Shown one piece after another: positions 59,574 through 64,000 of a stretch of DNA of 64,000 bases. The stretch is taken from assembly GCF_009914755.1 (NCBI RefSeq), contig NC_060929.1; one strand, 5' to 3'. The DNA is from the human T2T-CHM13v2.0 reference genome, Homo sapiens. The notes below the pieces were generated by a model, which saw only the letters and a list, made by a program, of their open reading frames with translations, made no database searches and had not been told where the DNA came from. Within the stretch, counting starts at the first letter, position 1. Every line of letters starts with the position of its first letter. The translations under genes and the position numbers were made by a program.

Positions 59574-60524
59574 AGATTAGAGGGGAAAAAACCTAGAAAT
59601 AGATTCCGTATTCAGATTCTAGAGCAAATGCCTTTAAGTTCTGGTCCACTTCAACAACAACAACAACAAAAATTGAAAAAATTGTAGGTGATGCAATATG
59701 GGTGTAGCTGATAATGCAAGTAAAATGGTTAGAAACCTGATCAGAAAAGCTGTATGAAATAAAGATCTTCATTTCAGGTTGTAACCCATGAAAGTACTAC
59801 TTGGAGTGTAAGAAATAGTAGAATATTCACACTTTCATATGCTTATATGAACCTAATATGTTTTAAGTAAAAATAAAATGTTAAGGGTAATGCACATATT
59901 TTTCTTATGTAATTCTCCTCTTAAACCAATTTTTTCAATTATCTGATAGCCACCGTACTAACTATTGGATAAGAAGTATTCTTTGATGGTACCAAGGGCC
60001 CAGATATAAAGAAGCCACACATTCCAAGTACAGGCTGCTGGGTTACAAGGACAGTGTGGGAAACCACAGATCATCAGAACTCCAACTCATCCAGAAAAGA
60101 GATTATTTTCTCAGCCACACCTGATAAGATTTCACCAGTAACTAGTGAAGAGGAATTGGAAACTCTTACCAGAACCCTTTATATATCATTTATAGCCTAT
60201 TATGCAAACACACTGTATGTGTTTATTATATAGTAAACTGCACACAGTTCTTATTTCATAGTGTGTTTAGTCATTCTCATTTAATCCTTTTGTATCTTCA
60301 TAAAGTCCGTCAAGAACTTCTGCAGCTGTTGTTGGTGATGGTGGTGTGTACCCAGCGGCCCTGCTTGGACTAGGTTCCCAGGCAAGCTGTCTCCTTACAG
60401 ATACTGCTTAACTCTGGGCCTATTTTGGCCAGAGTTACACAAATGTAGAGAGTACAGCACATTGAAAAGAAGTGCCATTTAAAGTCTTGTCTTTTAGAGA
60501 TACTTAGGTTCATACAATTATACT

Positions 60525-60662
60525 GAGTTCTGTGAATGAGTTTCAAGGGATCTAGGAAGCCTTGGAAACTGTTACATATGTATGTTTGCAGGGGGAGGAA
60601 TGTTTGGCTTTCAGCAGATTTTCAAAAGACCCCTTAATCCCAAGAGAGGTCAAGAATCACGG
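60525..60662. mobile_element. hAT-Charlie MITE fragment
   Basis: gctttcagcagattttcaaaaga...aggtcaagaatcac terminal motif. Confidence 0.45.
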
Positions 60663-60667
60663 GTATA

Positions 60668-61035
60668 ATAAAAAGGAATGAAGTTCTCATACATGCTACA
60701 ACATGGATGAACCTTGAAAACATGAAAGAAGCCACAAAAGACCACATACTATATGTCTTTATTCATATGCAAGTCCAGAATAAAGAAATCTATAGAGACA
60801 GAAAGTAGATTAGTGGTTGTTTAGGGCTAGGTTGGCGGTGGGGGAATAAGAAGAGATGGGGATGACAGCTAAAAGGTACAGGGTTTTTGATGTGAGGAAT
60901 ATGTCCTAAAATTGACTGTGGTGAGGTCTGTACATATCTACGGATATGCTAAAACCCATAGAATGGTAGACTTCAAGTAGATAAATTATATGGTATATTA
61001 ATTATATATCCATAAAGCTATCTTTAAAAAAAATA
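60668..61035 (+). mobile_element. L1MB 3' end
   Basis: aaaaggaatgaagttctcatacatgctacaacatggatgaaccttgaaaacat...ctatagagacagaaagtagattagtggttg. Confidence 0.88.
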
Positions 61036-61194
61036 ATTGGCATAGACTTATCATTTGCCAATCTTGTTCATATTCTTTACTTCATGAGGTATTATGAACT
61101 AAGTAAATGAACCTCCAAAAGTCACGACTAAGTGACTCACTCTTCTGATGCCAATTCCATTTCCCACCATGCTTCAGCTGTTGCCTAGTGTCAG

Positions 61195-61400
61195 GATAGG
61201 GGGAAAAGAGCATGGACTTGGGAGCCTGGACCACTTAATAACACTTGTACAGGCTGCTTAATCTTACTGTCTTGTTCTTATTTTCCTGTTCTAAAACAGA
61301 ATGTTACTCAACTAAGAGTACAATTGTGAGACACTCTATGTAAAGTACCTAGCACTGTGCCTAGCATATGGTAGATACTAACAAATGATAGCATATGTTT
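61195..61400 (+). mobile_element. MIR SINE
   Basis: ggaaaagagcatggacttgggag...atgtaaagtacctagcactgtgcctagcatatggtag. Confidence 0.7.
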
Positions 61401-61406
61401 ATCATC

Positions 61407-61813
61407 ATGTATTAGCACTGATTTGGTTTTAAGTGACAGAAACTCAATCTAGTTAAAGCAAAGACGGAAATGTATTAATTTATATCACTGGGAAGGCCAT
61501 CTAGCTTCAGAAGAAGCAATAGCCAGAGACTCAAGTGACCTCTCAAGACCCTAGGTCCCTCTTTAACTCCTGGCTTTGTCCTCAGGTGGAAACACATGGA
61601 GACAAAGTTGTCAAAGCTTCAGACTCACATTCCACCAGCTTAGTGGCTCAAGTGGAAGAACAAACCTCTTTCTAGATAGTGCCAAAAGTCCTGGAAGACT
61701 CTTAATGGCCTGGCTAAGATGCTGTGTCCATCTCTGAGCCAATCTCCATGGCCAGGGGGAAGGAATTACAATTAATCAGGCCTGAATCATGTTCCATATC
61801 TGTGGAAGGATGA
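61407..61813 (-). mobile_element. Ancient MLT1 (J/K-like) LTR, interrupted by THE1B
   Basis: aagtgacagaaactcaa...ttaaagcaaa; tgtgtccatctctgagccaatctccatggccagggg. Confidence 0.55.
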
Positions 61814-62169
61814 TGTATTAGTCTGTTTTCACACTGCTAATACATACCCAAGACTGGGTAATTTATAAAGAAAAAGAGGTTTAATGGACTCAGTTCCACG
61901 TGGCTGGGGAGGCCTCACAATCATGGTAAAAGGCAAAAGGCATGTCTTACATGGTGGCAGGCAAGAGAGAATGAGAGCCAAGTGAAAGGGGAAACGCCTT
62001 ACAAAACCGTCAGATCTTGTGAGACTTATTCACTACCAGGAGAACAGCATGGGGGGAACGGCCCCCATGATTCAATTATCTTTCACTGGGTCCCTCCCAC
62101 AACACATGGAAATTATGGGAGCTACAATTCAAGATGAAATTTGGGTGGGGACACAGCCAAACCATATCA
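61814..62169 (-). mobile_element. THE1B MaLR solo LTR
   Basis: tgtattagtctgttttcacactgct...gggtggggacacagccaaaccatatca; TSD gatga/gagga. Confidence 0.92.
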
Positions 62170-63189
62170 GAGGATAGATTACTCCCTCCCTGCACCCCAA
62201 CCCCAAACCAATACATGTGCTATATATCTACAGATGTTTATTCTTTCCAGGGTGAGATAATCTTTTTAGGCTGAATGGTGAGGCAAAGAAAACTGACAAT
62301 TCAGTTCTGCATTTACTGGTCACCCACTCTGGGGTAAGCACCTTCCATGTTGTGTGTGGGTATATGCACATGAACCCTTGAATATATGGGGAGCCTGTCA
62401 GATACCAAGATGAATGAGTATTTCATATATTAATTGTTTACACATTTTATAACAACAGTAATCCCTTCCTGGTGGCTTCAACTAGTTGCTGAAGTGTGGA
62501 GGAGACAATCTTTGTAAGAAATGTGGATAAAATTATATACCATGGGTAATTTTACTTATTAAATATTTTCTCGGTTGTGAGTTTAGAAAAGAGAACAAGG
62601 TAACACAAATGAGTATTTCAGGAAGCCCCTGCAATATTAGGCAGTGACTGCTGGGAAGAGGCCAGTAGTGGGTTTACATTTGCAAAGAGCCAAATCCTGC
62701 AGAATGGAGGCTGGTCTAGCTGAGGGTCAGCCCTCCTAGGGAGCCAACATGGGTGTAAATCAGATGTATGCCATTGCTCATTCTTCAGGTCTTTTTTTTT
62801 TTTTTTTTTTTTGGACATTTGGATTTAATTTGTGGGTGTCTCTTGCTTTTCCAAAAGCAGTGTTTAGAACATAGAGGAAATTTAAGGTTCCAGGATGCAC
62901 TGCTGGGTTGTGCCCTTCCCTATGCCATTTCCTGTCTTTATGTATTTTCATGGGTGATTCTTATTATGTTCAAAACAGGTTACATGTATGTGTCTCCCTC
63001 ACCTCAGAAACAGTTCAGACCCAGCTGTTTAGCATCACTAATGAGAAGTTTCTTTGTAGATCTCCCATGGTCAAAAAACTAATAGAAAACTATAGTGCAG
63101 TGGTTAAGAGTGCAGGTTTAGAATTCCAATCTGGCTTTGAATCCTTACTTTATTTTTTTTTATCACCAGATCATATTAAATCAATTATT

Positions 63190-63345
63190 ATGTTTATTTT
63201 TTATATCTGTTTTCCTCAGTTAGAATATGAGCTCCAGGAGCGCAGGCATCACTGTCTGTTTTGTTCACTGATATAGTTCACACACCTATAACAGTGTCAG
63301 GTACTTTGAAGGCACTCAATAAATATCTGTTGAATGTGTGAATCA
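63190..63345 (+). mobile_element. L2 3' end
   Basis: tagaatatgagctccaggag...gtctgttttgttcactgatat...ggcactcaataaatatctgttgaatg. Confidence 0.85.
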
Positions 63346-64000
63346 TGCAATTAACCATATTAATATACTATTTAACACGGTTTCTGTTTTCACCCTTAGG
63401 GTTTCATCCTGAGTGTGCTGAATTATGGGATTGACAGGGAGCAGTGCTCAATATCAGCATCTGAATGTCCTCTTTTTCTTTCCATCTTCTCCCTGCTCCA
63501 TCTGCCCAGAGAAGGGTTTTATCTTTCTGTATGAACTATACACCTGTACTTGGATCAGCATGCATTCTTTCCTACTTTAAGTTTAATGTATAAACTCTAT
63601 GTGGTAAGTTCTCTACCTTTGCTCTTGATATAAAAAAGCTAGATTTTGGAATCCCAGCAGAAATTCTCTCCCATCAAAGCCTGCCTAATAATAACAAGTC
63701 AAAAGCACTTTGACTTTTATATTACTATGTCTCTTATGAACTTAAAAACTATTTTGAAACTCAGAGCTGAGCAATGACTTCTTTGTCTTAGACTATAACT
63801 GTTCTCTCCCTGAAATAGGACAGATAAAAAGCTATCAGTGCTGCTCAGGAAATAGTGACTTCTCAGCATCTCAGCATAGTTCCCTGCTATATCCACTTCC
63901 ATAAATGATCAACGTCCCTTTTGTTGGGCTCTTCTTTGCCTTGTAACGCCTATATGTGATTACCAAACTGGGAGTTCTTTTCTCATCTTTAAGATGCCTT

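Overview
Primate genomic DNA (catarrhine, human-like: AluY, L1PA5-7, THE1, MER11 present), AT-rich and dominated by retrotransposons. I recognise no intact protein-coding gene, RNA gene or CRISPR array. Most listed ORFs are decayed L1 ORF1/ORF2 pieces, Alu/LTR-derived frames or chance ORFs. Bases 1-26,150 are one nested stack of L1 elements: an old L1MC4-like 3' end split by L1MB-type, L1MA-type, L1PA7, L1PB1 and full-length L1PA6 insertions, with Alus and a MER11 solo LTR inside. The best-supported unusual features are three. (1) An L1PA7 insertion with a twin-priming 5' inversion plus a ~520-bp 3' transduction inside one TSD (3173-5995). (2) An L1PA6 with a ~430-bp 3' transduction inside one TSD (30098-32154). 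(3) A ~1.5-kb antisense, mRNA-3'UTR-like segment at the tail of an L1PB1 (12976-14452), probably a UTR-only retrocopy. Nearly all L1s lie on the + strand, and there are minus-strand splice and promoter signals (candidate first exon ending at 51767, 27-nt microexon at 28970-28996) that may belong to a host gene I cannot name. I found no support for a new multi-gene system. Repeat subfamily calls come from recalled consensus sequences and need RepeatMasker/Dfam confirmation.
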